53,271 bases of DNA. It comes from Octopus sinensis. Its lineage: Eukaryota. Each line of letters opens with the position of its first letter. The first letter of the stretch is position 1. The position numbers and the translations under genes are program-made. Shown here in pieces: positions 52,951-53,271 of this stretch. The notes below the pieces were generated by a model. That model ran no database searches and had not been told where the DNA came from. It saw only the letters and a program-made list of their open reading frames with translations. The DNA is taken from positions 1 through 53,271 of the forward strand of contig NW_021835422.1 of assembly GCF_006345805.1 (NCBI RefSeq), given 5' to 3'.

Positions 52951-53119
52951 TATGTAGGAAGTTAGTGCTCAACACGTCTAGCAAAATTTGTTAGTCCCTC
53001 GTAGTTAAAGACGGTTCTGAAATTTCTTGCTGAACAAATCTGCACAAATGCTTTATTTTATAGTGATCAAATATTAGCGTTGTGTATTAGCTCATTCTCT
53101 GCCTCAAACCGATGTTACC

Positions 53120-53271
53120 TGAACAGGTACACGGTGTACCAAGCGTCAGGTGTCAAAGAGATAACAGAACAACGTGAAATGATGTTTTTTGCTCAAGAAC
53201 ACAACACACTAGACGGTCTAGCAATTGGAACCATGCTCCCGCCATCGTGAGTGCATCAACCTGACTGCTAG
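53120..53271 (-). mobile_element. SINE head B, diverged, cut by window edge
   Basis: CAACGTGAAATGA..GCTCAAGAACACAAC. Confidence 0.55.

Overview
Repeat-dominated, AT-rich eukaryotic genomic DNA. The very dense (TA)n/(CA)n/(GA)n/(TAA)n microsatellites and the tRNA-derived SINE families suggest an octopod cephalopod (inference). No host protein-coding gene can be confidently called; almost all ORFs in the supplied track are translations of simple repeats. The window holds roughly 25 tRNA-derived SINE copies (local labels: heads A, B, C, D; tails X, Y, Z), a decayed RTE-clade LINE (YADD motif visible), a 3' fragment of an R4/Dong-type LINE, a full-length decayed Tc1-type transposon with DD36E spacing, other Tc1/mariner derivatives, hAT- and pogo-type MITEs and several minisatellites. 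The most notable signal is a set of type I hammerhead ribozyme (HHR) motifs of the Penelope-like-element (PLE) style. One is intact (31199-31296). One forms the tail of a tRNA-headed SINE-like element (49282-49526). Two sit exactly at the breakpoint of an inverted duplication of their downstream sequence (2355-2966 and 44541-46321). There is also a fold-back palindrome (3524-3895) and a possible 165-nt cassette exon with an upstream inverted complement (6119-6659). All folds and alignments were done by eye; repeat boundaries are approximate to about 10 bp unless TIR/TSD coordinates are given.
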